Below are positions 1 to 8,971 of a DNA stretch of 53,808 bases, one piece after another; position 1 is the stretch's first letter; every line of letters begins with the position of its first letter. Both the position numbers and the translations under genes were made by a program. The DNA is from Bacteroidia bacterium (GTDB lineage: Bacteria; Bacteroidota; Bacteroidia; Cytophagales; Cyclobacteriaceae): assembly GCA_031414855.1 (NCBI GenBank), contig JANOQK010000322.1, positions 1 to 53,808 on the forward strand, in the 5' to 3' direction. The notes under the pieces are model-generated. The model was not told where the DNA came from. It ran no database searches and saw nothing but the letters and a program-made list of their open reading frames with translations.

Positions 1-192
1 GAAGAACAAGAAATGATGTCGGCAGAAGAATGTGCAGCTCACATCTATAAAGCAACAGTCAACCGTAAAAAAATTCTCGTGCTCACGGGGCAGGGAAAAC
101 TAACTGTCTTTTTAAATAAACGATTCCCCGGATGGATGGATTGGCTCGTCTATCATGAGTTGGCTAAGGAGGCGCATGCTCCGCTGAAATAA
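1..192 (+). CDS. 3' end of probable SDR family oxidoreductase (partial)
   Basis: Frame 1 open from window edge: EEQEMMSAEECAAHIYKATVNRKKILVLTGQGKLTVFLNKRFPGWMDWLVY...K*, resembling a DHRS7-like SDR C-terminus; catalytic motifs lie outside the window. Confidence 0.65.
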   Translation, partial: EEQEMMSAEECAAHIYKATVNRKKILVLTGQGKLTVFLNKRFPGWMDWLVYHELAKEAHAPLK

Positions 193-260
193 GTAATCAG
201 TTCATTGGTAATCGGTAATCAGTATTGCACCGATCACTTCACACCAATTACCTGATTACC
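192..260. repeat. Inverted arrays of degenerate heptamers between convergent genes
   Basis: AGTAATC/GGTAATC/GGTAATC/AGTATTG (192-227) followed by reverse units GATCACT/AATTACC/GATTACC (232-260). Confidence 0.7.
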
Positions 261-267
261 ATCTAGC

Positions 268-2172
268 TTAGGTCTTTGTAAGAAAAACCAATTTGGCATT
301 ATCTGCCTTATTCAAACTTCTATAGAAATCTATCAACTCTGAATACGTCTCGGGCGGAAATTCGCCCTTGTTCATTTTTACTTTTCTAATGTAAACCAGT
401 TTTCCCTGATCTAATTTGTAGGAGGCTTCATATTCACCAAAACGTGACTTTATTTTTACAGGCTCAGGAAGAAATTCCGGATAAATTTCTTCCGGCACAG
501 TATAGTTAATGGTATCCAGATCGATGTATGCCAATTTGCGTATAACGTTCGTTTTTCTGTTCTCCACTTTCTCCGGAATAAAGTTGGATCGGTTCATGAG
601 ATTAGGGGTCAGGAACATTCTCTTCCCACTAACGGTAGCCAATCTATTTAATGTTAAGTGGATACTCACAATTGCCGATGGAATTTTATTTTTTATGTTT
701 ATCATGGAAAAAGAACTGATATCAAAACTAGGTATGTCTGTATTGTTTTGAATCCATTTCTTCTGATCATCATATTGATTGCCTAAAACAAAACTCAGGT
801 ATCCTTCTTCGTATTGCAACCCGGAATAAGTAGTCTTCACGTTTGCTTTTGCATTGCCATTTGCCTGAACAAAAACATTGGCTGTTCTGGATTGAATATT
901 CTGCTCTGCCGGATAGGGAGTCGTGTTAACAATTTTTGCACCATTTTCCGTAATGGCAAGTGCTTTTCTATCGCCTGTATGCCAACCAGAATATCCAAAT
1001 GGATTTGTCTGACTTGTACACTCCAGCCAAAGTGTGTCAGCTCCGTTAGGAACAAATGCTATTGCGTGATTGAATTGTGAACACGGAAAATCGGTTACCA
1101 TTTTAGACGCATTTTTTCCCGCCATGATCAATGCATAATTTGCCTTTATCCCCGCCACATCAAGTAAGGCTATTGTATAATTCGAAAGTGCCTTACAATC
1201 TCCATACCCTGTTTGATCAACTACGGCCGCTTCAAAGGGCTGAAACCCCCCTATGCCTAATTGAATACTAACATACCGGGTTTTATTTTGCATGTATTCA
1301 TAGATAGCTTTTGTTTTTTCTTCACTTGTTTTCATGCTTGCCGTAAGCTGCCTTATTTTTTGCTTAGTCTCTTCAGGTAATTTGTTTCTACCTTTATTGA
1401 GTGTGTTAATCCATTGTCCAAATTCATCCCAAGTAGTCATGGTGCCTATGTAACCATCAAACTCGAACTTAGACGGAGCAGCCATTATTTGGGGCACAAC
1501 GTCAATCCGTGAACTAAGTGGCTCAAACTTAATGGGCATTACATTTTTAAACTCCCAGATAAGAGACTCCATTCCATCGCTGGTGCGCTCTAGCCTAGGC
1601 TCAATGTCAATATTTATAGCGTTGTAGCGTGGAGCTATGGCGGGGGGATAAATCAGTTGATAGGAAGAATGTTGCACTGACACTTTTTCATCGGGCACTA
1701 TTACAGTTCCATCAATCATGTATAAAAACTTATACTCCTTCTCATATTCAAATACAATAGTATATGGGTAGGTCCCCTGGGTGAGGTCTGCTGACTTAAT
1801 TCTGTAGTCATTATACAAGCCTCCATCATATGCACTATGATCAATTATCTCACTGGTTTTTAACTTCTTAATTAATTTACCCACGGCATCATATACACTG
1901 CCATTAAAGTCTGTCACCTTTGAAAGTTTGTCATATGCTACCTGCTTAATAGCATAGTCTTTGGCTCTTTCATTGAAAATAGTGACAGCATAGTAGGCAT
2001 ATATACTTGCTCTGCTTTGCGAGAATATTTTATACACCATCTTGTCTTCACGTATCACAGCGTTGACATCTTTTTTTAGTTCTTCCGGAATTTCACTTAC
2101 AGGAAACTTTAACTCTCCGGCAGTCGAGCAGAAAGAGATAAAAACAATAACAAAGAGAAGTTTTTCTTTCAT
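268..2172 (-). CDS. DUF3857 + transglutaminase-like domain protein, catalytic residues retained
   Basis: 634 aa, signal peptide; RYVSIQLGIGG, GYGDCKALS and FNHAI motifs. Confidence 0.85.
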   Translation of the reverse strand: MKEKLLFVIVFISFCSTAGELKFPVSEIPEELKKDVNAVIREDKMVYKIFSQSRASIYAYYAVTIFNERAKDYAIKQVAYDKLSKVTDFNGSVYDAVGKLIKKLKTSEIIDHSAYDGGLYNDYRIKSADLTQGTYPYTIVFEYEKEYKFLYMIDGTVIVPDEKVSVQHSSYQLIYPPAIAPRYNAINIDIEPRLERTSDGMESLIWEFKNVMPIKFEPLSSRIDVVPQIMAAPSKFEFDGYIGTMTTWDEFGQWINTLNKGRNKLPEETKQKIRQLTASMKTSEEKTKAIYEYMQNKTRYVSIQLGIGGFQPFEAAVVDQTGYGDCKALSNYTIALLDVAGIKANYALIMAGKNASKMVTDFPCSQFNHAIAFVPNGADTLWLECTSQTNPFGYSGWHTGDRKALAITENGAKIVNTTPYPAEQNIQSRTANVFVQANGNAKANVKTTYSGLQYEEGYLSFVLGNQYDDQKKWIQNNTDIPSFDISSFSMINIKNKIPSAIVSIHLTLNRLATVSGKRMFLTPNLMNRSNFIPEKVENRKTNVIRKLAYIDLDTINYTVPEEIYPEFLPEPVKIKSRFGEYEASYKLDQGKLVYIRKVKMNKGEFPPETYSELIDFYRSLNKADNAKLVFLTKT

Positions 2173-2177
2173 TTGTT

Positions 2178-4193
2178 TTATTTTTTCTTAAGTACAATTT
2201 GCTCGGCTTGCTTTGCTACCAATTGATTATAAAACTCCCGAAGATGTGGATACTCCTCCTGTGTAAAGAGGCTTTGGTTAATTGCTAAACTGCTGGAGAT
2301 GGAAATGGTATTTCCCGCTTGCACTACATTATACAGATATTTAGCAGCGCTGCCAGGTAAGGTCATGGCTTTGCTCTTAGGCGCTTCCTCTATAGTATAT
2401 CCATCAGGTAGAATCACTTTGACGAAATATAGATTTTCAAATGGACTCCCGTAGTCGACAGGATATTCCCGTGTTTCCAACTTAAAGGGATTTCCTTCTT
2501 CCTGATCCATAATGAAGGGATTTAGATAAATCATTTCGCCAGCGATGGAAGAATGATCTGCGATAGAAATTTCATGAGTTTCTTTAAATGCTTGCTTTAT
2601 CTCATTTGCATTTTGAAATTCACTTTTCTTTAGTTCCCACGATCGACTCCCTAAAAAGTCCTTAACGTAGTCAGCCTCTCCTTTTGAAAAATAGTTTTGT
2701 CGCGCACCCTGGGCATAATAGCCTGTTCTTTCAAGTTTCAATTTGCCATTAAGCTCTCCGGTGCCTTCCATAACTAAATCCACATTAACAACCCTTCTCG
2801 ACTTTCCAGGAGATTGGAGTTTTATCCATTCAAAGCCATCTTTGGAGACAACTAGACCATTTCCGTTCAAACATTTTTCCGGCAATGTGCCCGTTGGCAG
2901 AAACTTATCTGTTGCATCCAGTAAAACATACTTATCGCCAAGTCGAACAAGGCATATCACATAATTAAACTGCGAGGAAGCTGGTGTTGCCTCTCGTACA
3001 AATCCATGATCTCTGGTACTCAGTAGCACGGGCGATACTTTTAAATCGGCTTTTTCCAACATAGCAGCCAGCAATAAGTTTATCGCAGCTGAATTGCCTT
3101 TTTTTTCATCCAATACATTTTTGAGGGATGTACCTGTATACTTTCGGTTATTGCCATCCCAAACAACAGTTTGCTTAACGTAATTACAAATTGCACCTAT
3201 CTTATCCTCCGGACTGGTGTGGCCAGCTGTGATCTCTTCTACTATTTTCTTAAGAAATCCATTTCCTGTAACTTCTCCTCCAAAGTCATCACTTTCAGCA
3301 TAAGTCTTATTGATGTCTTCCCAACTTCCCATGTAGTTTTTCATGGGTTGGTTCGGAAACTTTGTAAAAGAAAGTTCAAAATTCATTTTAGAAATAAAAT
3401 CTCGCGGAGTGGTTATAAATGGTTCGGGCTTAAAAGCCGGAACATCCTTAGCTGCCCACCGAAAGCGAGCTTCCTGAAAGTCAATTTTGTCTTGACTGAA
3501 TGTTGTCTGTGTAACTCTCCCTTCTCCTCTTTCTTTTGAATTTACGGTTATAGAATTCGGCTCAGTTGTATTCTCACTTACTGTCAATTGAATATAGCCC
3601 TGCATATATTTTTCATAATTGAAGTACTCTGGTATCCGTGCCCTGTATTCGCTCCACACAATAGGAATTGCACTTTGAAATTCCCAATCTTGAAAATTGA
3701 ACAAAAAATCAGATCGGATTTTATATGTGATTTCAACGATTGACCCTGACTTCACGTTGGGCAGGGTTATCTTCATAATGTCCACATTGGCATCTTGTTT
3801 TTCTTTAAAGACCGCTTCATTTTTTAGTTTGCTTTCAATAATTTTTCCGTTTTCCAGATTGTACGTTACCGCTTTTAAGCCTGAAAGCTTTTCATTGCTA
3901 CTTCCACTATGGTAAAGTGGAATGGTAAAGTTTGCGTAATCCAATCCATCCTTGGTAAGAATTTTAATCCTGGTCAATCTCTCAAATTGCAAAGCAAACC
4001 CATCGGACTCGCTGTACTCCATTGTACTCTGTCCATAATCAGCCAGAACAACAGCTGCTGCTGATGAATCCTTTTCATAACGGGTCATCTCCAATTGATC
4101 CATTGGAATGTCTCCAAACTTGATGGGTGGTTTCTGCGCCTGCGAAAGCCATGAAAAAGAGATGAGTAATGTTGTGCCAAAGAGTTTGATCAT
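2178..4193 (-). CDS. DUF3857 + transglutaminase-like domain protein, catalytically degenerate paralogue
   Basis: 671 aa, signal peptide; same architecture but KKGNSAAIN and FNYVI replace the Cys/His motifs; LLDAT retained. Confidence 0.85.
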   Translation of the reverse strand: MIKLFGTTLLISFSWLSQAQKPPIKFGDIPMDQLEMTRYEKDSSAAAVVLADYGQSTMEYSESDGFALQFERLTRIKILTKDGLDYANFTIPLYHSGSSNEKLSGLKAVTYNLENGKIIESKLKNEAVFKEKQDANVDIMKITLPNVKSGSIVEITYKIRSDFLFNFQDWEFQSAIPIVWSEYRARIPEYFNYEKYMQGYIQLTVSENTTEPNSITVNSKERGEGRVTQTTFSQDKIDFQEARFRWAAKDVPAFKPEPFITTPRDFISKMNFELSFTKFPNQPMKNYMGSWEDINKTYAESDDFGGEVTGNGFLKKIVEEITAGHTSPEDKIGAICNYVKQTVVWDGNNRKYTGTSLKNVLDEKKGNSAAINLLLAAMLEKADLKVSPVLLSTRDHGFVREATPASSQFNYVICLVRLGDKYVLLDATDKFLPTGTLPEKCLNGNGLVVSKDGFEWIKLQSPGKSRRVVNVDLVMEGTGELNGKLKLERTGYYAQGARQNYFSKGEADYVKDFLGSRSWELKKSEFQNANEIKQAFKETHEISIADHSSIAGEMIYLNPFIMDQEEGNPFKLETREYPVDYGSPFENLYFVKVILPDGYTIEEAPKSKAMTLPGSAAKYLYNVVQAGNTISISSSLAINQSLFTQEEYPHLREFYNQLVAKQAEQIVLKKK

Positions 4194-4291
4194 GGACAGT
4201 TGTGCTTAGGTTACTTAAGCAATATTTATATAAAATCAAGATTTGTCAAGCAAACGTATGTTTATCTTATCTTTCGAAAATTTCAAAATCG

Positions 4292-5698
4292 TTGGCTAAA
4301 TCTAAAACCTTATTCTTCTGTCAAAGCTGCGGCTATGAATCTCCCAAATGGATTGGCAAGTGTCCTTCTTGCAATTCGTGGAATTCCTTTGTGGAGGAAG
4401 TTGTTACCAAAAATGAAGGTGATAAAAATGATTGGCGACAAGATTCTGGCAAAAGCAAAATCAGCAAACCTAAAACGCTGAATGAAATTGAATCATCTGG
4501 TGAAATACGAATTGCCACACCCGATCAGGAATTAAATCGCGTATTAGGCGGAGGTATTGTTCCGGGTTCATTGGTTTTAATTGGTGGAGAACCTGGGATA
4601 GGGAAATCAACATTAATGCTTCAGATTGGTCTCGCTCTTCAAAAAGCAAAAGTGCTTTACGTATCGGGCGAAGAAAGCGAGCAACAAATCAAAATGCGAT
4701 CAGAACGAATTGCCCTGAAGCCGAAAAGTTCAACAACAAATGGGCAAGGCAATCATGAGAACTTTTATATGTTGGCAGAAACCAACACAAAAAATATTTT
4801 TCAAGCAATTGAATCACTTGAGCCTAATCTTATTATCATCGATTCCATTCAAACACTTCATTCGCACATGCTTGATTCCGTTGCCGGAAGCATTGGTCAG
4901 GTGCGGCAATGTGCAGGAGAACTGATGAAGTTCGCCAAAGAAACCAATACTCCTGTATTCTTAGTAGGTCATATCACCAAAGATGGCATGCTGGCGGGGC
5001 CGAAAGTGCTGGAGCATATGGTAGATACTGTTTTGCAATTTGAGGGAGATCGCCATTTGGCCTATAGAATTTTACGCACAACAAAAAACAGATTTGGATC
5101 AACTTCTGAAATTGGCATTTACGAAATGCTGGGTACTGGCCTTCGTGAAGTTTCCAATCCATCCGAAATTTTAATCTCACAAAAAGATGGTCTTTTAAGT
5201 GGTGTAACTATTGGCGCTACTATTGAAGGTAACAGGCCTTTATTAATTGAAATACAATCGCTGGTGAGTGCAGCATCTTATGGAACTGCTCAACGCACGC
5301 CAACAGGTTTCGATCAAAAGCGACTGAACATGCTGCTTGCTGTACTGGAAAAACGCTGTGGTTTTCGCGTTGGTACACAGGATGTGTTTGTAAACATGGC
5401 GGGAGGAATTTATGTAGAAGATCCCGCGATTGATCTTGCCTTATGCATCTCTGTCATTTCTTCGCTGCAGGAGATTCCTGTAAGCGATAAAATATGTTTT
5501 GCTGCAGAGATCGGTTTGGGGGGCGAACTTCGTGCTGTCAATAGAATTGATCAGCGTATTTCAGAAGCGGAGAAGTTAGGGTTTAAGGAAATCTATATTT
5601 CTAAATTCAGTCAGAAGTCAATTGATTTGAGCAAGACAAAAATTGCGGTGAAGTCTTTCGGCAAATTGACAGAAGTATTTGGTGATTTGTTTGGATAA
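4292..5698 (+). CDS. radA: DNA repair protein RadA/Sms
   Basis: CQSCG...CPSC zinc finger, GGEPGIGKST Walker A, KNRFG motif, Lon-like C-terminus; start taken at TTG 4292 (ORF track starts at 4202). Confidence 0.96.
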   Translation: MAKSKTLFFCQSCGYESPKWIGKCPSCNSWNSFVEEVVTKNEGDKNDWRQDSGKSKISKPKTLNEIESSGEIRIATPDQELNRVLGGGIVPGSLVLIGGEPGIGKSTLMLQIGLALQKAKVLYVSGEESEQQIKMRSERIALKPKSSTTNGQGNHENFYMLAETNTKNIFQAIESLEPNLIIIDSIQTLHSHMLDSVAGSIGQVRQCAGELMKFAKETNTPVFLVGHITKDGMLAGPKVLEHMVDTVLQFEGDRHLAYRILRTTKNRFGSTSEIGIYEMLGTGLREVSNPSEILISQKDGLLSGVTIGATIEGNRPLLIEIQSLVSAASYGTAQRTPTGFDQKRLNMLLAVLEKRCGFRVGTQDVFVNMAGGIYVEDPAIDLALCISVISSLQEIPVSDKICFAAEIGLGGELRAVNRIDQRISEAEKLGFKEIYISKFSQKSIDLSKTKIAVKSFGKLTEVFGDLFG

Positions 5699-5716
5699 AT
5701 TTAATAGGACGCATTT

Positions 5717-6325
5717 ATGGATTCCTTCTTTGTGAATACGCTAGGCATATCAGAAGAGCTTTATGCTTACTTGATTCTCCCGCTGTTAATATTCATGGCC
5801 CGTATCTGCGATGTATCTATTAACACCATCCGCATTATTTACATGCTGGGCGGCAGACGTTATACCTCTACCATCCTTGGCTTCTTTGAATCCTTGATAT
5901 GGCTGCTAGCAATCAGTCAGATATTTAAACACCTTGACAATTGGGTTTGCTATGTGGCCTATCCGGCAGGATTTGCTTCTGGTATTTTTGTGGGGATGTT
6001 AATGGAAGAACGAATCGCTTATGGAAAAGTGATTGTGCGAATCATTACCCGAAAGGAAGTTGTGGAGCTAATTCAATTCTTAAATGCCAATGGGTTTCGC
6101 TATACCAAAGTTGTTGCCGAAGGCCCAGATGGTCATGAAAACCTTGTGTTTACTGTTCTTCAGCGCGAGCGATTGGATGATCTGTTAAGTAAGCTAAAAG
6201 AAATTCTACCGACTGCTTTCTATACCATAGAAAAAGTAAAAGCTGCTGCGGAGAGCGGTGCTTTGCCCGAAGAGAAAGGTGGTTTTAAATTGTACACCTG
6301 GCTAAGGGGTATTATTCGGAATTGA
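5717..6325 (+). CDS. DUF2179/DUF5698 (UPF0316-like) membrane protein
   Basis: IFMARICDVSINTIR and GFFESLIW motifs, TM helices followed by a PII-like C-terminal domain. Confidence 0.8.
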   Translation: MDSFFVNTLGISEELYAYLILPLLIFMARICDVSINTIRIIYMLGGRRYTSTILGFFESLIWLLAISQIFKHLDNWVCYVAYPAGFASGIFVGMLMEERIAYGKVIVRIITRKEVVELIQFLNANGFRYTKVVAEGPDGHENLVFTVLQRERLDDLLSKLKEILPTAFYTIEKVKAAAESGALPEEKGGFKLYTWLRGIIRN

Positions 6326-6327
6326 AT

Positions 6328-7227
6328 TTAGAACAATTTCTTTCCTTGTAGTCCACCGGTATGAAGGGCTAGGACTGTCGATCCTTTTTTGAAAGATCCC
6401 TTTTGAATTAAATCAAAAACACCAAACATCATTTTCCCCATGTACACTTGATCGAGCGGAAGCTGGTGCTGTTTTTCAAACACATCTATAAATTTTATCA
6501 ATTCATCTGTGGTCTTTGCATAGCCACCAAAATGATAATCCTCCACTATACTCCAATTATCAATTGAATCTCTCAGCCACCTTTTAACTTCATCATTTAA
6601 AAATCCTCCACCTTTAAGCACAGAGAATCCTAAAATATTTTTTCGTCCGTTCATACCATGAACAAATCCCGCCATAGTTCCACCGGTACCGACAGGCAAA
6701 CAGAGATAATCAAAGTCAACTTCATTAATTAATATCGCTCCAAATTCTGCAACTCCTTTCCCGGCAAGTTCATTTGTTCCTCCTTCAGGAAGGAGATAAA
6801 AATCTCCAAACTGACTATGAAGTTTTTGAATGAACGTTTCTTCGGCTTTGAGACGATAAACTTCTCGTGAGATATAATGCAATTTCATCCCACAGCTTTC
6901 CGCGAAAGCGAGTGTGTGATTTAGAGGCAGAACTTCTTCACCACGAATTATACCAATACTTTTTAATCCTAATTCATTTGCTGCTGCTGCAGTTGCATAA
7001 ATATGATTGGAGTAAGCTCCACCAAAAGTCAATAATGTGTGATGCTTATGTCGCGCTGCCTCTTCCAGATTGTACTTTAGCTTCCACCATTTATTTCCAG
7101 AAATAAATGGATGGTTTAAGTATTCACATTTCACTAGTAATCGCACACCGGATCGCTCCAATTCTGAAACTTTCAATTCCACGATTGGGGTAGGATCATA
7201 TCGAAGCTGATGAGATGTCTTTTCCAT
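6328..7227 (-). CDS. PLP-dependent ACC deaminase / D-cysteine desulfhydrase family enzyme
   Basis: SGNKWWKLKY, GGAYSNH, PEGG, GTGGT and LHTGGLQG motifs. Confidence 0.9.
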   Translation of the reverse strand: MEKTSHQLRYDPTPIVELKVSELERSGVRLLVKCEYLNHPFISGNKWWKLKYNLEEAARHKHHTLLTFGGAYSNHIYATAAAANELGLKSIGIIRGEEVLPLNHTLAFAESCGMKLHYISREVYRLKAEETFIQKLHSQFGDFYLLPEGGTNELAGKGVAEFGAILINEVDFDYLCLPVGTGGTMAGFVHGMNGRKNILGFSVLKGGGFLNDEVKRWLRDSIDNWSIVEDYHFGGYAKTTDELIKFIDVFEKQHQLPLDQVYMGKMMFGVFDLIQKGSFKKGSTVLALHTGGLQGKKLF

Positions 7228-7296
7228 TTGGGTTTATTAATCAATAGTAATCCAAATCATTTTATTTAAGACTATTTCAAAGCTAATTTGCAGAAT

Positions 7297-7313
7297 TACT
7301 AAATATTTTAGTA
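7297..7313. promoter_or_regulatory. Palindromic operator TACTAAA-TAT-TTTAGTA (CTAA-N5-TTAG), candidate SOS box
   Basis: Perfect 7-bp arms immediately upstream of the radical SAM gene. Confidence 0.55.
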
Positions 7314-7316
7314 TTC

Positions 7317-8375
7317 TTGTCTGTGGAACAAGAATACTTCAAAGGCCGTGGGGCACAGATAAAAACAGGAAATAAATTCCTGAAGGCCGAATATGTGACT
7401 GATCACATTGAAGGTCTTGATGAACCTTTACTAGGAACGCCAACTACTCAGATTTTTTTTGAGACTGCTAAAAAGATAACTAACAAAGTAGAAAGTCCTG
7501 ATCTAAGCATGATGTATTCGATGAACCCCTACCAGGGATGTGAACATGGATGCATCTATTGTTATGCGCGCAACACGCATGAATATTATGGATTCAGTGC
7601 CGGGCTTGATTTTGAGAGCAAGATTATCGTAAAGAAAAATGCTGCCGCGCTGCTAGAGCAACAACTACTTAGTAAAAACTGGAATGCTGTACCCATCATG
7701 CTCAGCGGCAATACCGATTGCTATCAACCACAAGAGCGGAAGTTTGAAATAACTCGCTCGATGTTAAAAGTATTGGCCAACTATCGTCACCCAGTGGGAA
7801 TCATTTCAAAAAACAGCCTCATCCTGCGCGACATTGATTTGTTGCAAGACTTGGCCAAAGACAATCTTGTACATGTTTATATTTCCATAACTACGCTCAA
7901 TGAAGACCTGAGAAGACTGATGGAACCTCGCACTGCCAGTGCCATCAAACGATTAAAAACACTAGAAGAACTTTCAAAAGCGGGAATACCAGTTGGTGTG
8001 ATGAATGCCCCAATTATTCCTGGGCTAAATCATCATGAAATTCCAAGTATACTAAAAGCTGCTTCTGAACATGGCGCCTTAAATGTGGGCATGACTGTAG
8101 TGCGCCTTAATGGATCGATTGGAAAAATCTTTGAAGATTGGCTTCGCAAGAACTTTCCTGATCGTTTTGAGAAAGTGTGGAATCAAATCTGTTCATTTCA
8201 CGGAGGCAACGTAAATGATTCTTAATATGGAAGACGAATGTCAGGCGAAGGAAATGTTGCTGATGCTATTCATCAACTTTACCGTGCATCAAAAAAGAAA
8301 TACTTTTCTGGCAAACTAATGCCTGCATACAACCTCACCAAGTTCAGAAAAGGAGGGAATCTTTCATTGTTTTAA
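7317..8375 (+). pseudogene. PA0069/Rv2578c-family (SplB-like) radical SAM protein interrupted by an in-frame TAA at 8223-8225
   Basis: NPYQGCEHGCIYCYAR CxxxCxxC motif; after the stop the same frame continues YGRRMSGEG...GGNLSLF* to 8375, the expected family C-terminus. Confidence 0.8.
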
Positions 8376-8457
8376 TATGGAATGAATACAAATTAGGAGT
8401 CTCTGGAATTAAATAGCTTGTTTGGTTGTCTGAAGAGTAGTTACCTTTGACTCTATC

Positions 8458-8829
8458 ATGAAACGCTTCGCGGCAATCGGCCTTCTTTTTTTCTACCTGA
8501 TTTCGTTTACCGAATTCAGTGAAGTGCTGCGTTTGCCTTTGCTGGTGGAGCATTATACCGAACACAAAAGCAAAGTCAATGACTTGTCCTTTTGGGAATT
8601 TCTGGTCATGCACTATGAAACAGACGTAGCACACGATGATACGGACATGAGTCTTCCTTTTAAGGATTGTGATCATTCTTGCTTCGCGCAAACAGTTGTT
8701 TTGCCCATGCAGAAAATCGCTTTAACTGAGCACTCCGAAAAGAGCGCTCTTTCGTTCACCTTCTTTTATCTACTTCACGAGCCACAACTACTTGCTGGCG
8801 ATATTTTTCAGCCCCCAAAACTGGGTTGA
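8458..8829 (+). CDS. Small exported His/Cys-rich protein preceding the metal efflux operon
   Basis: 123 aa; LVEHYTEH, HDDTDMSLPFK and C-terminal IFQPPK, typical of Bacteroidota cusA-upstream proteins. Confidence 0.75.
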   Translation: MKRFAAIGLLFFYLISFTEFSEVLRLPLLVEHYTEHKSKVNDLSFWEFLVMHYETDVAHDDTDMSLPFKDCDHSCFAQTVVLPMQKIALTEHSEKSALSFTFFYLLHEPQLLAGDIFQPPKLG

Positions 8830-8971
8830 TTTACCGAACAATTGCCTGTTGACATTGTTTTTCCATGTCAATTGAAAAACAGCCAATTGCAAATCACTCA
8901 ACTTTCGATTTGCCCAAATCTTGGTAATTGCCATCCTTTCTAGCAAGTCACTATTCTAATTTTCTTTAGTC

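Noticed and set aside
4202-4291. 30-aa N-terminal extension of RadA
   Set aside because: AT-rich divergent promoter DNA; the conserved start is MAKSKT at 4292
8223-8225. Stop-codon recoding (Sec, Pyl or alternative code)
   Set aside because: The stop is TAA, and TAA, TAG and TGA all terminate other genes normally
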